DNA of 62,939 nucleotides from Deltaproteobacteria bacterium (lineage in GTDB: Bacteria > Desulfobacterota > GWC2-55-46), in NCBI GenBank assembly GCA_016219025.1, contig JACRCM010000100.1, positions 1 to 62,939 on the forward strand, written 5' to 3'. The translations under genes and the position numbers were made by a program. Below the pieces are notes generated by a model, which saw nothing but the letters and a program-made list of their open reading frames with translations, had not been told where the DNA came from and ran no database searches. Position 1 is the first letter of the stretch, and each line of letters begins with the position of its first letter. Positions 15,837 to 25,950 of the stretch are shown one piece after another.

Positions 15837-18800
15837 TTATGGCGCCCAATTCAGGATACCCTCCGTGGCGTAGATTATGTACCCCTCGCCAGGCTCTATG
15901 GCGAAGTCGTCGCCCACCGTCGCCCCGTTCGCAACAGCCAGCGTGAGCATCTTCCCGGCAACGGCGTCGAACCTGGATATGCTCAATATCCGGCCCGCGC
16001 CCAGCGACCTTACAAGGTCAGAGGCCGTGTAGATGAAGTGCTCGTGGCTGCACGGATAAGTCACAAGGTTGAAGCCCGCCTTGAGGTTCAGGCCTCCGCA
16101 GCCCAGGCCGGTTATGGCCCCGCCGTCGAGGTCAGCGGCCTTGTCCGCGTATAGATAGACCGCCGTGTTCTCCGTTAGCGTGAAGTTGTTGCCGGCCGAT
16201 GCGCCCAGACCGTCGTAACCCGCGCCCAGCATCTGGCCGGAGGGGCCGTCGAACGAATATATCGAATTCACGGCCGCGCTCGGCTTCCATGCGTCGAGGA
16301 GGCCGAATGCGTTCGCGTAGGCGTCGGCCGTGGGCCTCGTCACCGCCATGACGTTGAGGCCCTGCTCGACCCTTACGTTCTCCTTCATGGCGAGCTCGGC
16401 GGAGTATATCTGCCACGTGCCTGAGCGGTTGTCCTGCCACACGAGCCTTCTGCCGGATATGGCCGGCTCCTCCTGAGAGTGCGGCTCGGTTACGAGCTTC
16501 GTCACCTGACGCGACGGCATGTGCATGAGAGAGAGGCCGGAGTCGGCCCAGCCAGCGTCGTAGTCGGTGTAGACGGCGTAACCGGATGCGGCCTTGGGCC
16601 CGGTCTCGTCGGTCAGAGTCGAGGTGAGGCGCTCCACCGCGCCGTTGGAGAGCCTGTAGGAGTAGAGTTCCCTGTTGCCGTCGCGCTGATCGACCCAGAC
16701 GGCCTTCCCGTCCGCGATGGAGGGGCGCGTCTGGTTATAGATGTCGTTCGTAAGGTTCTTTTCCGCCCCCGTGCCGATGTCATACATGTATATGTCGCCG
16801 AGGCCGTTCCTGTAGTCCTCCCAGACGACCTTGTTCAGATAGAGCGCAGGGTTTATCTGGTCGCGAACGCCGGTCGTGAGGCGCAAGGTCTGGCCCGTGG
16901 CGATGACGTAGACGTAGATGTCGCGGTTCGTCGCCGGGCCGCTCTGATACGCGACGTACCTGCCGTTGACGGCCGGCATCGCGTCGTCATAAGCGCTCGA
17001 CGTAATGACCGTCCTGCTGCCTGAGAGCATGTCGTATAGGACGACGTCCCAGTTGCCCGCGGTCCTGTCCTGCCATACCACGTAGTTGCCGTTGACGTTC
17101 GGCCGTATCTGGTCCGCGAGCGTGCCCGCGGTCAGGTTAGTCGTCGTCCCGTCGGTAAAGTCGTGCATGTAGACGTCCCACTTGTTGTCGCGGAAGTCCT
17201 GCCAGACCGCGCGCGGCCCGGATATCGACGGATACCTCTGGTCCCCAGCGCCGGCGGAGAGCGGATTGGCCTGTATCACGTCGGACACCGTCACCGTGGC
17301 GAATGACGCGGCCGAGTGCCCGAGTTTGTCAATGACCGTGAGCCTTATGGTGTATTCGCCTGGCGGGACGAGATAACCGCCGGAGGACTTGCCGTCCCAC
17401 GCGATATCGGCGGCGGCTCCGGGGGCAAGCGCGCCGGTCAGGGACGCAACCTTGGCCGGCAGATTTACGTCCGCCGGGCCGAACGCGCCAGGGTATACGT
17501 CGTAGACAGCGTCAAGCGACGGCATGGCGTCGGCCACGAGCGCAGTCGCCGTCGCGCTCCTTGCCAGACCAGACGCTATCGAGGCGCCCGGGGTGATTGT
17601 CTTGGGCAGGATGCCGTAAGAGCTCACAGAGGGCGCGTCGTCGTCAACGAAGACGCTGACGCCCTTGGGCGTCTCGGCGTTGCCCGCGCGGTCAACGCTG
17701 TAATACGTGATGGTATGCGGCCCGGCGTGCGTCCTGTCCGGCGGTATCGCATACTGGAGCGTGAACGGCAGGCCCGGCACGAAGCCCGTGCCGTCGATGT
17801 CGTATAGCATGGACTGGACGCCGCTTATGTCGTCCGCGGCCGTGAAGAGGAAGTTAGTCTGGGAGGTCACGTAGACCGGGTCGGCCCCGTATTTAACGTC
17901 GCCTATTACGATGGCCGTCACCGGCGGCGTCACGTCGACGGCCGGGGTCTCGTAGACGACCGTATACGAGCCGGTCGTGTCGAAGTCGATGATGTTGAGG
18001 TAGAAGACCGAAGGCTCCTGCTGGAGGCTGTTCGGCTTTATCTCGCTTATCCATGCGTTGTTCGCATTCAACGCCTTGCCGTCGGAGCGGGTGACGCTGC
18101 GAATCGGCAGGTTGCCGCTCGCCGGGTCGATGACCTTCGAGTATGTCCACGCCGGAAGCACGTCCGTGGTGATGATGGTCGTCGGGTCTGCGGGCGTGGG
18201 AGAACCGGCCGACGACGACGCCACCGTGTTGACCGCATACTCGACGCACTCAGAGGCGTATATCATTGTGGGAGACCTGTCCCCGAGCTGGTCGTCGTAG
18301 GAGAGGTAGTCGAGGACGTTGTCGCTGCCCGGCAGGTCGACCATCATCTCGTGCGTCAGGAAGTGCGTCTTGACCTCTTTCAGGAGGGACGTGAGCGTGC
18401 CGCCAAGCTCGCTCGCGTGGGTGAACGAGGCGGTGAACTCCGTGAACCTGCCTGAGAGGGTCGTGACCATCCGCCAACGCCCGGTCGCGCACCTCTTGGA
18501 GTCGATATTCCCGAAGTTCAGGGTGAGCGTCGGCGCGACCGGCTGGTCGTTGACCGAGCTTCCGAGTATCCTGAAGTCGATGAGCAAGCCCTGTTTGTTC
18601 TCGACGATCCTGGGCTGGCCAGACGTTATCGTGAGGTTGTACCCGGGGCCGAAGCCGAAATTCCTGACCCTTGCGCCGAGACTGAAGGGCTTTGGCGCCT
18701 CGACCGTGGCCGTGAACGGGTCGTCAGCCCAGACCTCGCGCGGCAAGAAATAATCGACTATAAGCTCCGGCTGGGGCTTCACGGTAATCCTGTCCGGCAT

Positions 18801-19244
18801 CATGGGTATGACCTGATCCGCTCCGTTCGCGGTAAACGTTATCTCTCCGCCTATGAAGTAATAGACGCCCTGCGGGGCCTGCCCGCCCGCGCCCGGCGAC
18901 GGGATGAAGAGCCAGTGCACCTCGGCCTGCCCCCCGGCCGGTATCGTGCCCGTTCCGTCCACGGCGCTTATATTCGTCATGGACTGTATCTTCGTGAAGA
19001 AGAGCGCGCCCGCATCGTCGCCGTTGGCGTCCTTGATGTAGAGAGAGACGTTGACGCCGTCTAGCGGCACGTCGGGCAGGTTGTTGGTGATGATGAGCCT
19101 GCCGTCGAAGGCGAGGCGCTCCAAGGCCAGCTCCTGTGGTATCTCTATCTTGACCTTCGCGCAGACCGCGGCATGGGCCGCCCCATAAAAGAGCACGGCC
19201 GCCAGAGCCAGCACGAACGTCAATATGTATTTGAATGGCTTCAT
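15837..19244 (-). CDS. Large secreted protein (1135 aa): unknown N-terminal domains, Ig-like modules, a 7-blade PD40/TolB-like beta-propeller, and a C-terminal GFNL...GEGY module
   Basis: Signal-like MKPFKYILTFVLALAAVLFYGAAHA. Seven repeats of about 45 aa (roughly 16390-17240) have the consensus P.(I/V).G..(V/A)VWQD.R.GNWD(I/V)Y.YD...G....LT. FlgD-Ig-like segment: GEYTIRLTVIDKLGHSAASFATVTV. C-terminal LNLKAGFNLVTYP...IEPGEGYIIYA. Confidence 0.85.
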   Translation of the reverse strand: MKPFKYILTFVLALAAVLFYGAAHAAVCAKVKIEIPQELALERLAFDGRLIITNNLPDVPLDGVNVSLYIKDANGDDAGALFFTKIQSMTNISAVDGTGTIPAGGQAEVHWLFIPSPGAGGQAPQGVYYFIGGEITFTANGADQVIPMMPDRITVKPQPELIVDYFLPREVWADDPFTATVEAPKPFSLGARVRNFGFGPGYNLTITSGQPRIVENKQGLLIDFRILGSSVNDQPVAPTLTLNFGNIDSKRCATGRWRMVTTLSGRFTEFTASFTHASELGGTLTSLLKEVKTHFLTHEMMVDLPGSDNVLDYLSYDDQLGDRSPTMIYASECVEYAVNTVASSSAGSPTPADPTTIITTDVLPAWTYSKVIDPASGNLPIRSVTRSDGKALNANNAWISEIKPNSLQQEPSVFYLNIIDFDTTGSYTVVYETPAVDVTPPVTAIVIGDVKYGADPVYVTSQTNFLFTAADDISGVQSMLYDIDGTGFVPGLPFTLQYAIPPDRTHAGPHTITYYSVDRAGNAETPKGVSVFVDDDAPSVSSYGILPKTITPGASIASGLARSATATALVADAMPSLDAVYDVYPGAFGPADVNLPAKVASLTGALAPGAAADIAWDGKSSGGYLVPPGEYTIRLTVIDKLGHSAASFATVTVSDVIQANPLSAGAGDQRYPSISGPRAVWQDFRDNKWDVYMHDFTDGTTTNLTAGTLADQIRPNVNGNYVVWQDRTAGNWDVVLYDMLSGSRTVITSSAYDDAMPAVNGRYVAYQSGPATNRDIYVYVIATGQTLRLTTGVRDQINPALYLNKVVWEDYRNGLGDIYMYDIGTGAEKNLTNDIYNQTRPSIADGKAVWVDQRDGNRELYSYRLSNGAVERLTSTLTDETGPKAASGYAVYTDYDAGWADSGLSLMHMPSRQVTKLVTEPHSQEEPAISGRRLVWQDNRSGTWQIYSAELAMKENVRVEQGLNVMAVTRPTADAYANAFGLLDAWKPSAAVNSIYSFDGPSGQMLGAGYDGLGASAGNNFTLTENTAVYLYADKAADLDGGAITGLGCGGLNLKAGFNLVTYPCSHEHFIYTASDLVRSLGAGRILSISRFDAVAGKMLTLAVANGATVGDDFAIEPGEGYIIYATEGILNWAP

Positions 19245-19245
19245 C

Positions 19246-19433
19246 TATATCCCTGCCGCAACGCGCCCTGTTATCCAACCCGGCGCATCCGGCCCTCGAA
19301 CCGCGGCCTATATCCCTGCCGCTTTCGTCCTGTTATCCAACCAGGCGCATCCGGCCCTTGAACCGCGGCCTACATCCCTGCCGCTTTCGTCCTGTTATCC
19401 AACCCGGCGCATCCGACCCTCGAACCGCGGCCT
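19246..19433. repeat. Tandem array of 3 x 62-63 nt that fills the whole intergenic gap between the 2172-aa and 1135-aa genes
   Basis: Units start at 19246, 19309 and 19371: TA(T/C)ATCCCTGCCGC(AACGCGC/TTTCGTC)CTGTTATCCAACC(C/A)GGCGCATCCG(G/A)CCCT(C/T)GAACCGCGGCC. The right end abuts the upstream stop (19432-19434). The left end supplies the RBS-like AGGGAT before the ATG at 19244. Confidence 0.95.
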
Positions 19434-22400
19434 ACTGGCAGCCGCCCCCAAACGTTATGCCGCCTCCGCCATATCCGCCTCCGCCGCCGCCTCCGCCGCC
19501 GCCGCCGCCTCCGCCGCCGGTATATCCGCCGCCGGTGTAGGTTATGGACGGCATGTTCTCAAAGATGCAGAGGAAGCAGTTGACGCCGTTTTGGATGGTA
19601 TCGAGGAGGCCGAGGCCGCCGAGACCTTCAACGCCCGCGGCCTCGCCCGCGGCCTTTATCGCGTTCAGTATGTCGGCGAGGGACGGCCCTGTTATTATTT
19701 TGCACGCGGCCCCGAACCTGTCGGCCGCGTCGCTCCCGATGGCGGCCTGGGTGACGGCCTTGCCGCACTCGCACACGTCCTTGTTCTTTATGCACTTGCA
19801 GGCCGCCGCCGCGAGGTTTGCCACCTTTTGAAGCCGCCCGGCGGACATGAGCCCGCCCGCGAACCCGAGGCAATCGCACCAGTCGCACTTAGAGTCGCAC
19901 AGCAGTCCCGTCGGGTCGTATTGCTTCTTGGGCACTATGGTCTTCTTCGACGGGGCCCTGGTCTGCGTCAGGACGCCGGCGGCACAGGTGTATTCGGCGG
20001 CCACGTCCACCTCGACCGGTATCTCGCTGCACGGGTCGACCGGCTCAGGCGACTTGTACGGGTTGACCGTAATCGTATACGGGATTATCACCGTCTCCTG
20101 CGCGTTCAGCCTCGGTATCTGGGTGATAAGCGTCTCCACCTTGACGCCCGGGCCTGCTGAGGCGTCGACCCTTACGTTGTCCGCGGCCACGAGGCCGTGG
20201 TTCGTCACCCTGTATTCGCCCGCGTATGTCGAGCCTATCTCGATTTCGAGCTTCTCATACGACGGCTCTATCGTGATGACCGGGGCCGGGACGTTCGTCT
20301 CGAAGGTCGCCTGAAGCGTTATCTCATACGGATCGCGTATCATAACCGGCGTGACAGTCCACTCGTAGGTAACGAAGACGTTGTTCATGAAGACGTCCAC
20401 GGCGGTCGTGATGTCGGGCGAGACCTCGAACGTGCCTATGACGTTCTCGTGCCCCGGCGCGCTTATCTTGTAGTTGTACATGCCGATGGGCAGGGTGTCG
20501 AAGGCTATCTCGCCGTTGGCGCCGGTCGCGCCAGTAAGCACTATGTCGCCGAGCACCTGATGCCCGAAGGTCAAGGACGCGCCCGGCACGCGCTGGTTCA
20601 AGGAGTCCGTAGCCTGGAAGTGCACCCCGCCCCTGTCGCTAGAAGTGACCGTCGCAAAGAGGTTGACCGTATACGGGACATGGTTGTCGGAGTGGATTAT
20701 TATCGCGTCCGAATGCACGCCCTGAGAGACGTCCGCCCCGGGGCGGAACGATACGCCCACGTCCACCGAGTCTCCAACCGCCACCGTGCCGAGCTGCAAC
20801 GGCGTAGTAACGCTCATCCACGGCGTCGTTGGCGCCTCCAGCCAGACGTTCTCAAGCGGCGCGTAACCGGCCACCCTCATCTTGAACGACGCGGTCTTTA
20901 TCGTATCCGTGGTCACGCCAAGCTCTATGAAGCCGGGGTCGGTGACTATCGTCGGGAGCGCCCTTATGAGCGAGAGGTTCACGTCCATCGTCCTCGTCAG
21001 CCCCTCGGCGGTCGTCGCCGTGATGGTCACGAACGAGGCGTCAGGCGCGTCTATGGCCGCGTCCATCGTGAGTGTGGCCGAGGTTGCCGCGCCACCGTCG
21101 ATGGCCGAGGCCGTATTTGCAGTATCGAGCGTTGCCGTTATGCCGGACCCATCGGCATGACTCAACTGCAAGCCAGTCAATGCCGTCTCGCCGAAGTTGC
21201 GTAGCGATACCGGCAGACTGAATTGCGCGTTCTTCGACATCCTGATGCTGGCGGACGATGGATCGAAGGCAAGGCCGTATATGACGAAACCGGACTGTAT
21301 GGGCTTATCGTAGACCGTCGGGTGCACGGCCCAGACGCTGTAGTTGCCCGCCTCGCCCGCAAGCGGCGTAAACGTCACGGAATACGCGCCATTGGCGTCG
21401 GTAAGGGCGTAGAGATACCGGTCGAAGCCCTTGACGCTTATCCCGACCTTGACTATCGCGTTCGGCGCTGGCGCATTCGTCGCCGAATCATAGGCAAAGC
21501 CTGAGAGGACGACGTTCTGGCCGGTGTCGTAGGCCGCTCTGTCGGACGCCACGGTCGCGTAGTACGTGGCATTGGTTACAGTCACCGCCGACTTGCCCGT
21601 AAGCGGCCCGCCCTGCACCTGATCGGCCCTGCGGTAATGGTAGTAGATATTATCCACGTGCGCCTCAAGATAGACCTTGTCAGGTATGGACGAAGGCACG
21701 AGGAAGGTCACGGGCACGGAGAGGAAGCTCCCGCCGGACGGCATCTGGGCCATCGAGTACGTGGCGTAGTTGATGCAGCCGACGCCCGTGTGTTTGAGGT
21801 TGCCGCCCGCGAGCACGTTGCCGTCGCCGTCTTTGAGATATACGTATACGTCCGGCGACGCCTGGCCGTTCGTGGCCGAGAGGAACTCCACCGGCACGGA
21901 GCCGTAGTTGTAGACCTTCAAGCGCACGCTCGCATACGCGCCCCTGACTATCGGGTCGTTGAATATTTCGATCTTCCTGCCGGGGTCGTAGGCGTTGTGC
22001 GTGAAGGCCGCGACCCTTTGCACGGTCACGTCGGCAGTGGAGAGCTGTGTCTGCGTGACGTTCAGGAGCCTGTAGTCCACTATGCCCGTGCCTACGGTGA
22101 ATATCTTATCGACGCTATACGCCGCGCCCGGCGCAATGCTGACCGCGGCAGGGTCCGCGAACTGCGCGACCGTGCCGAGCTGGTCTTTAAGCTCGTATGC
22201 CACGGGGCTTATGTTCACGTCCGAGGTATGCGCGTTCGTCATCTTGACGGAGACGCCCTCTATATACTGCTTGTTCAGCAGGTTGCCGCCGGACGGGGAC
22301 ATGCCGTACCTCTCAAGGGTCGCCGCCACCGGGTATACCGCGCCGTTGCGGGCGACGCCCTCGTGCCCCGCCGCGTCTACCGCGCTTACGCTGTAGGTCT

Positions 22401-25400
22401 GGACCGCGGAGCCGTCGAATGACGCGTCGGTATAGATGCTGCCGGACACCGGAGAGGCCGTGAGCTTGACGCCGTTCTTGTAGACGTTATAGCCGGTCAC
22501 GTCCGTGGCCGGAGAAGCGGTCCAGCCCAGATACGCATACGCCCCCTCGTAAGCCACGACCGCGAGCGAACCCATGACCGGAGGCGCGTCAACGGTGAAC
22601 GCGGCCGTAACCGTGACCGTCCGTCCCGCCTTGTCAACGGCCTGAACCGCGAGCGTCTTGGCCCCGTCCGCGTCGATGGCCGTCCCTGCCTGATAGAGGA
22701 GGCCGTTCAAGGTCATGGAGAAGTGGTCAAGGTTCGCGTCCGTGACGTTTATAACCGGGGTCACGGCGGAGCCATACAGGTCGCCGTTGGCAACGCCCTG
22801 TATGTCAATTGCCGGGTCTGTCAGGTCGATGGTGAACGCCGCGTCCTTCGTGGTGAGCCGCGCCGAGGTGTCCATCGCCTCTATGTGAAGGGCATGACGG
22901 CCTTCAGCGGCCACCGGAGTGCCGCTCGCATAAGGCGCGCCGTCAAGGCTCGCGGTGACGCTCAAGAGGGAGGCATCGTTTACGGTTATGACGGGCGTCA
23001 GGGCCGCCGGACTGAACTGGCCGTCCGTTACGCCCGTGACGATGACCTCGGGCGGCGCAAGGTCGTAGAGGAAAGCGGCGCCGGCGGAAGGCGCCCCCTC
23101 ATTGCCAGCCGCGTCAACGGCCGTAACCGCGTAGTAATAGGTCGCGTCGGCGGGAGGCGTATCGGACGCCGCGAGGGCGGCCATACCGGTGAATATGCGG
23201 GCCGCGTCCGCGAGACTGACTATCGGAGAGCGCGCCCTGTAGACGTTGTAGCCAGCAACGGCCTCTCCGGCCGGCGCAATCCACGCAAGGGAGACGGCGC
23301 TTCCGGCAAGGTTCGCCGTAAGTCCGCTGGCCTGCCCCGGAGGAGTTCTGTCGGAGACTCCGCTGGCCGGGCCGCTTGCAGCGCTCTCATTGCCCGCCGA
23401 ATCCACGGCGCTCACCGTATAGGCATATGTCCCATCGGCTGAGGGCAGGTCTGAATAAGCAAGGCCGGCAACGCCGGAGGCGGCAAGCGCGGCGCCGCGG
23501 TAGACGTTATACGAGGCCGCGTCAGTTGCACCCGGCCAAATGAGGTCTACATGCCCGGCGCTTGCAGTGGCCGCCGCAAGACTTGCCGGGACGCCCGGCG
23601 CGGTGGTGTCGAGCGTCATGAAAGCGCCGGAGGTTACCTCGGCGCCTATATTGCCGAGGCCGTCCCGCGCCTCCATTATAAAGAGCCACTGGCCGTCGGA
23701 CATGGCCTGCGTGACGTTGAGCGAACCTGACCACGCCGCACCCGCGCCGGCAAGAGGCACATCGGCAAGAACGCCGGTGGGCGATTGGAGTTTCAGGAGC
23801 GGGGTTGCGCCCGCCGTCTCGTCAAGGTTGAGCGTGACCGCATACGTCCCCGGCTTATAAAGGGCCTTTGACGGAGAGACGGTTATCGTCCCGGCCGGGC
23901 CGGCCGTGTCTATCTGAAGCACGCCGCCGGAGGTTATCTCCGTGCCCTTGTTGCCGAGCATGTCGCGGCCTGAGAAACCGAAGGCCGCCGACCCGGACGG
24001 CTGCAACGCGCCGACGGTATACGCGCCGGTCCATTGGTTCGTCCCGGCCTGGGTAAGCTCTATGCCGACGGGCAGGCCGCCGGGCGGGGTTATGCCAAGA
24101 TACGGCGTCCCGTTTATGGCCTCGGAGGTGGTAAGCGTTACCTGTACCGCGCCCGGCCCGACCGGGGACGCCGGAGTGGTCGTGACTACGGCCGTCGGCG
24201 GCAGGCTGTCGCGCGCGGCGGACAGGGTGCCGGAGAGGACACTCTCGTTGCCGGCCTGATCGAGCGCCGTTATACCGTAATAATAGACCCCTTCCACGGG
24301 CGGGTAATCGTCCATGGACGTGGCTGAAAGGCTCCTTATCAGCGTCGCGCCGGAGGCCGTTGTAAACGGCGACATCGAGCGGTAGACCCTGTATGCGGCA
24401 GGGACCTCGGTGGCCGGGGACGTCCACGCGAGCGCTATCCTGCCGCCGGAGAAGGCATCGGCGGCCACGAGCGCGGGAGGCGGAGGAGGCCCGGTGTCGA
24501 TGGTCAGCATGACGCCCTGCGACGGCTGGGACGTGCCTATGGCGTCGCCCGCCCTGGCCGTAAGGAGGTTCGAGCCGTCTATAAGGGTCGCGGACGCAAG
24601 ATAGAAGTTCCCCCAGACGTCGGCGTTGACCCTGCCTATATACGTGCCGTTGTCATAGACGGACACGAGGGTGTTCGGCTCGGACGTTCCTGAGACGTTT
24701 AGCGTGGCGACGCTGACGGCCCCTGCGATAGGCGATGTGATTGCGGGAGGCAGAGGAGGTGCCTTCGACAGGACGACCGTCCTTACGCCGACCGACGAGC
24801 GGCCCACGCCGTCGTAGGCCACGGCCTTTATCTCATAGCTCTTATCCGGCAGCTGGATGACGTTCCACCAATACGATATGGAGCCGCCCCATGCGGTCTG
24901 CGCCAGGACGCCGTCCACGTATAATTCCATCCGGGCGATGCCGGAAGAGTCGCTCGACGACGCGGCGATGGTCAATGGCCTCGTGACGGTCGAATCTGCC
25001 CCCGGGCTTGCGACGAGGAGCGCCGGGTCGGTGGTGTCGAGGAGCATCTGCGCGGACGCGGTCTGGGTGTTGCCGGTCGGGGACTTGAACTTCACGTAGA
25101 GGCTTTTATACCCGTCGCCGGTCGAGAGCGCGAACGGCGCAAGGCCGGAGAACGGCTGATACGACGCGCCGGTAAAACCCGCGTCCTCGCTGATCATGTA
25201 CTCGGAACAGGTAAGGCATAAAAGGGAGAGGACTATGTCCGGCGTGGTGGCCGCCGGCCCCGGAGAGGCGAACGACGCGCCGAGTATCGGCACGAGGCTC
25301 GACCACGGCGCGTAGACGACCCCGTCGCTAACCGGATTGCCGAGGCCGGAGGCGTTGACCAACCCGCCGGTTGCGGTATCGTCGGATGTGTCTTTTGGCC

Positions 25401-25950
25401 CGGTTGGGTGCCCCCACCAGTTGTTCGTGGCGGTTACCGGGTTTGATACGTCTTCGACCGTGACCGCCGTTGCATTGCCCTCGATGACGGAATTGGCGAT
25501 CGACGGATGCGCCCCGGCCTTCACCTCGACGCCGATGACGTTGCCCGATATGACGGAATTCGTGATGTTAGGAGAAGACGTCCCCTCGAGCCTTATGCCG
25601 GAGGAACTGTTCTTCACCGCGGCCACGTCGATGGCGGGAGAGGCGTTATACAGGCAGATGGCCGGGCCCCCGGACGCCCCGGCATACTCGACGGCCGTGC
25701 CGCGAAAACTCGTATAACTCGCCGAACCCCACACCTCAACGCCCTGCCACGGCGATACGGCCGAGCCGGTAAGGGTCGCACCGGCGGCCTGGAGCGTGTC
25801 GCGGACGATGAGCTTGCCCTCGGAAGCGGCCTTGACGGTGACGCCGTCGCCGATGACGAGGGTAGCCGCGTCCGCGGCCCCATGCCATAAGGCGGCGGAC
25901 GCCGCAACCAGCAATATCAGTATGAGTATCCGGGTTCGCATGATTATCAC
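19432..25950 (-). CDS. Giant secreted multidomain protein (2172 aa): NosD-like beta-helix, Ig/FN3 arrays, carboxypeptidase-regulatory-like domains, a C-terminal Cys-rich region and a poly-Gly tail
   Basis: Signal-like (M)IIMRTRILILILLVAASAALWHGAADA. Start is either GTG 25950, overlapping the upstream stop as GTGA, or ATG 25941. PbH1-like repeats: NSVISGNVIGVEVKAGAHPSIANSVIEGNATAVTV. Repeated FN3-like Y(R/N)VY(R/K) units. Ends ...TGGGYTGGGGGGGGGGGGGGGYGGGGITFGGGCQ. Confidence 0.9.
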   Translation of the reverse strand: MIIMRTRILILILLVAASAALWHGAADAATLVIGDGVTVKAASEGKLIVRDTLQAAGATLTGSAVSPWQGVEVWGSASYTSFRGTAVEYAGASGGPAICLYNASPAIDVAAVKNSSSGIRLEGTSSPNITNSVISGNVIGVEVKAGAHPSIANSVIEGNATAVTVEDVSNPVTATNNWWGHPTGPKDTSDDTATGGLVNASGLGNPVSDGVVYAPWSSLVPILGASFASPGPAATTPDIVLSLLCLTCSEYMISEDAGFTGASYQPFSGLAPFALSTGDGYKSLYVKFKSPTGNTQTASAQMLLDTTDPALLVASPGADSTVTRPLTIAASSSDSSGIARMELYVDGVLAQTAWGGSISYWWNVIQLPDKSYEIKAVAYDGVGRSSVGVRTVVLSKAPPLPPAITSPIAGAVSVATLNVSGTSEPNTLVSVYDNGTYIGRVNADVWGNFYLASATLIDGSNLLTARAGDAIGTSQPSQGVMLTIDTGPPPPPALVAADAFSGGRIALAWTSPATEVPAAYRVYRSMSPFTTASGATLIRSLSATSMDDYPPVEGVYYYGITALDQAGNESVLSGTLSAARDSLPPTAVVTTTPASPVGPGAVQVTLTTSEAINGTPYLGITPPGGLPVGIELTQAGTNQWTGAYTVGALQPSGSAAFGFSGRDMLGNKGTEITSGGVLQIDTAGPAGTITVSPSKALYKPGTYAVTLNLDETAGATPLLKLQSPTGVLADVPLAGAGAAWSGSLNVTQAMSDGQWLFIMEARDGLGNIGAEVTSGAFMTLDTTAPGVPASLAAATASAGHVDLIWPGATDAASYNVYRGAALAASGVAGLAYSDLPSADGTYAYTVSAVDSAGNESAASGPASGVSDRTPPGQASGLTANLAGSAVSLAWIAPAGEAVAGYNVYRARSPIVSLADAARIFTGMAALAASDTPPADATYYYAVTAVDAAGNEGAPSAGAAFLYDLAPPEVIVTGVTDGQFSPAALTPVITVNDASLLSVTASLDGAPYASGTPVAAEGRHALHIEAMDTSARLTTKDAAFTIDLTDPAIDIQGVANGDLYGSAVTPVINVTDANLDHFSMTLNGLLYQAGTAIDADGAKTLAVQAVDKAGRTVTVTAAFTVDAPPVMGSLAVVAYEGAYAYLGWTASPATDVTGYNVYKNGVKLTASPVSGSIYTDASFDGSAVQTYSVSAVDAAGHEGVARNGAVYPVAATLERYGMSPSGGNLLNKQYIEGVSVKMTNAHTSDVNISPVAYELKDQLGTVAQFADPAAVSIAPGAAYSVDKIFTVGTGIVDYRLLNVTQTQLSTADVTVQRVAAFTHNAYDPGRKIEIFNDPIVRGAYASVRLKVYNYGSVPVEFLSATNGQASPDVYVYLKDGDGNVLAGGNLKHTGVGCINYATYSMAQMPSGGSFLSVPVTFLVPSSIPDKVYLEAHVDNIYYHYRRADQVQGGPLTGKSAVTVTNATYYATVASDRAAYDTGQNVVLSGFAYDSATNAPAPNAIVKVGISVKGFDRYLYALTDANGAYSVTFTPLAGEAGNYSVWAVHPTVYDKPIQSGFVIYGLAFDPSSASIRMSKNAQFSLPVSLRNFGETALTGLQLSHADGSGITATLDTANTASAIDGGAATSATLTMDAAIDAPDASFVTITATTAEGLTRTMDVNLSLIRALPTIVTDPGFIELGVTTDTIKTASFKMRVAGYAPLENVWLEAPTTPWMSVTTPLQLGTVAVGDSVDVGVSFRPGADVSQGVHSDAIIIHSDNHVPYTVNLFATVTSSDRGGVHFQATDSLNQRVPGASLTFGHQVLGDIVLTGATGANGEIAFDTLPIGMYNYKISAPGHENVIGTFEVSPDITTAVDVFMNNVFVTYEWTVTPVMIRDPYEITLQATFETNVPAPVITIEPSYEKLEIEIGSTYAGEYRVTNHGLVAADNVRVDASAGPGVKVETLITQIPRLNAQETVIIPYTITVNPYKSPEPVDPCSEIPVEVDVAAEYTCAAGVLTQTRAPSKKTIVPKKQYDPTGLLCDSKCDWCDCLGFAGGLMSAGRLQKVANLAAAACKCIKNKDVCECGKAVTQAAIGSDAADRFGAACKIITGPSLADILNAIKAAGEAAGVEGLGGLGLLDTIQNGVNCFLCIFENMPSITYTGGGYTGGGGGGGGGGGGGGGYGGGGITFGGGCQ

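Noticed and set aside
19225-22422. Plus-strand ORFs of 311, 335 and 261 aa
   Set aside because: They are antisense to the 2172-aa gene. The first also runs through the tandem array and the poly-Gly-encoding tract, giving poly-Pro/Ala. They are shadow ORFs.
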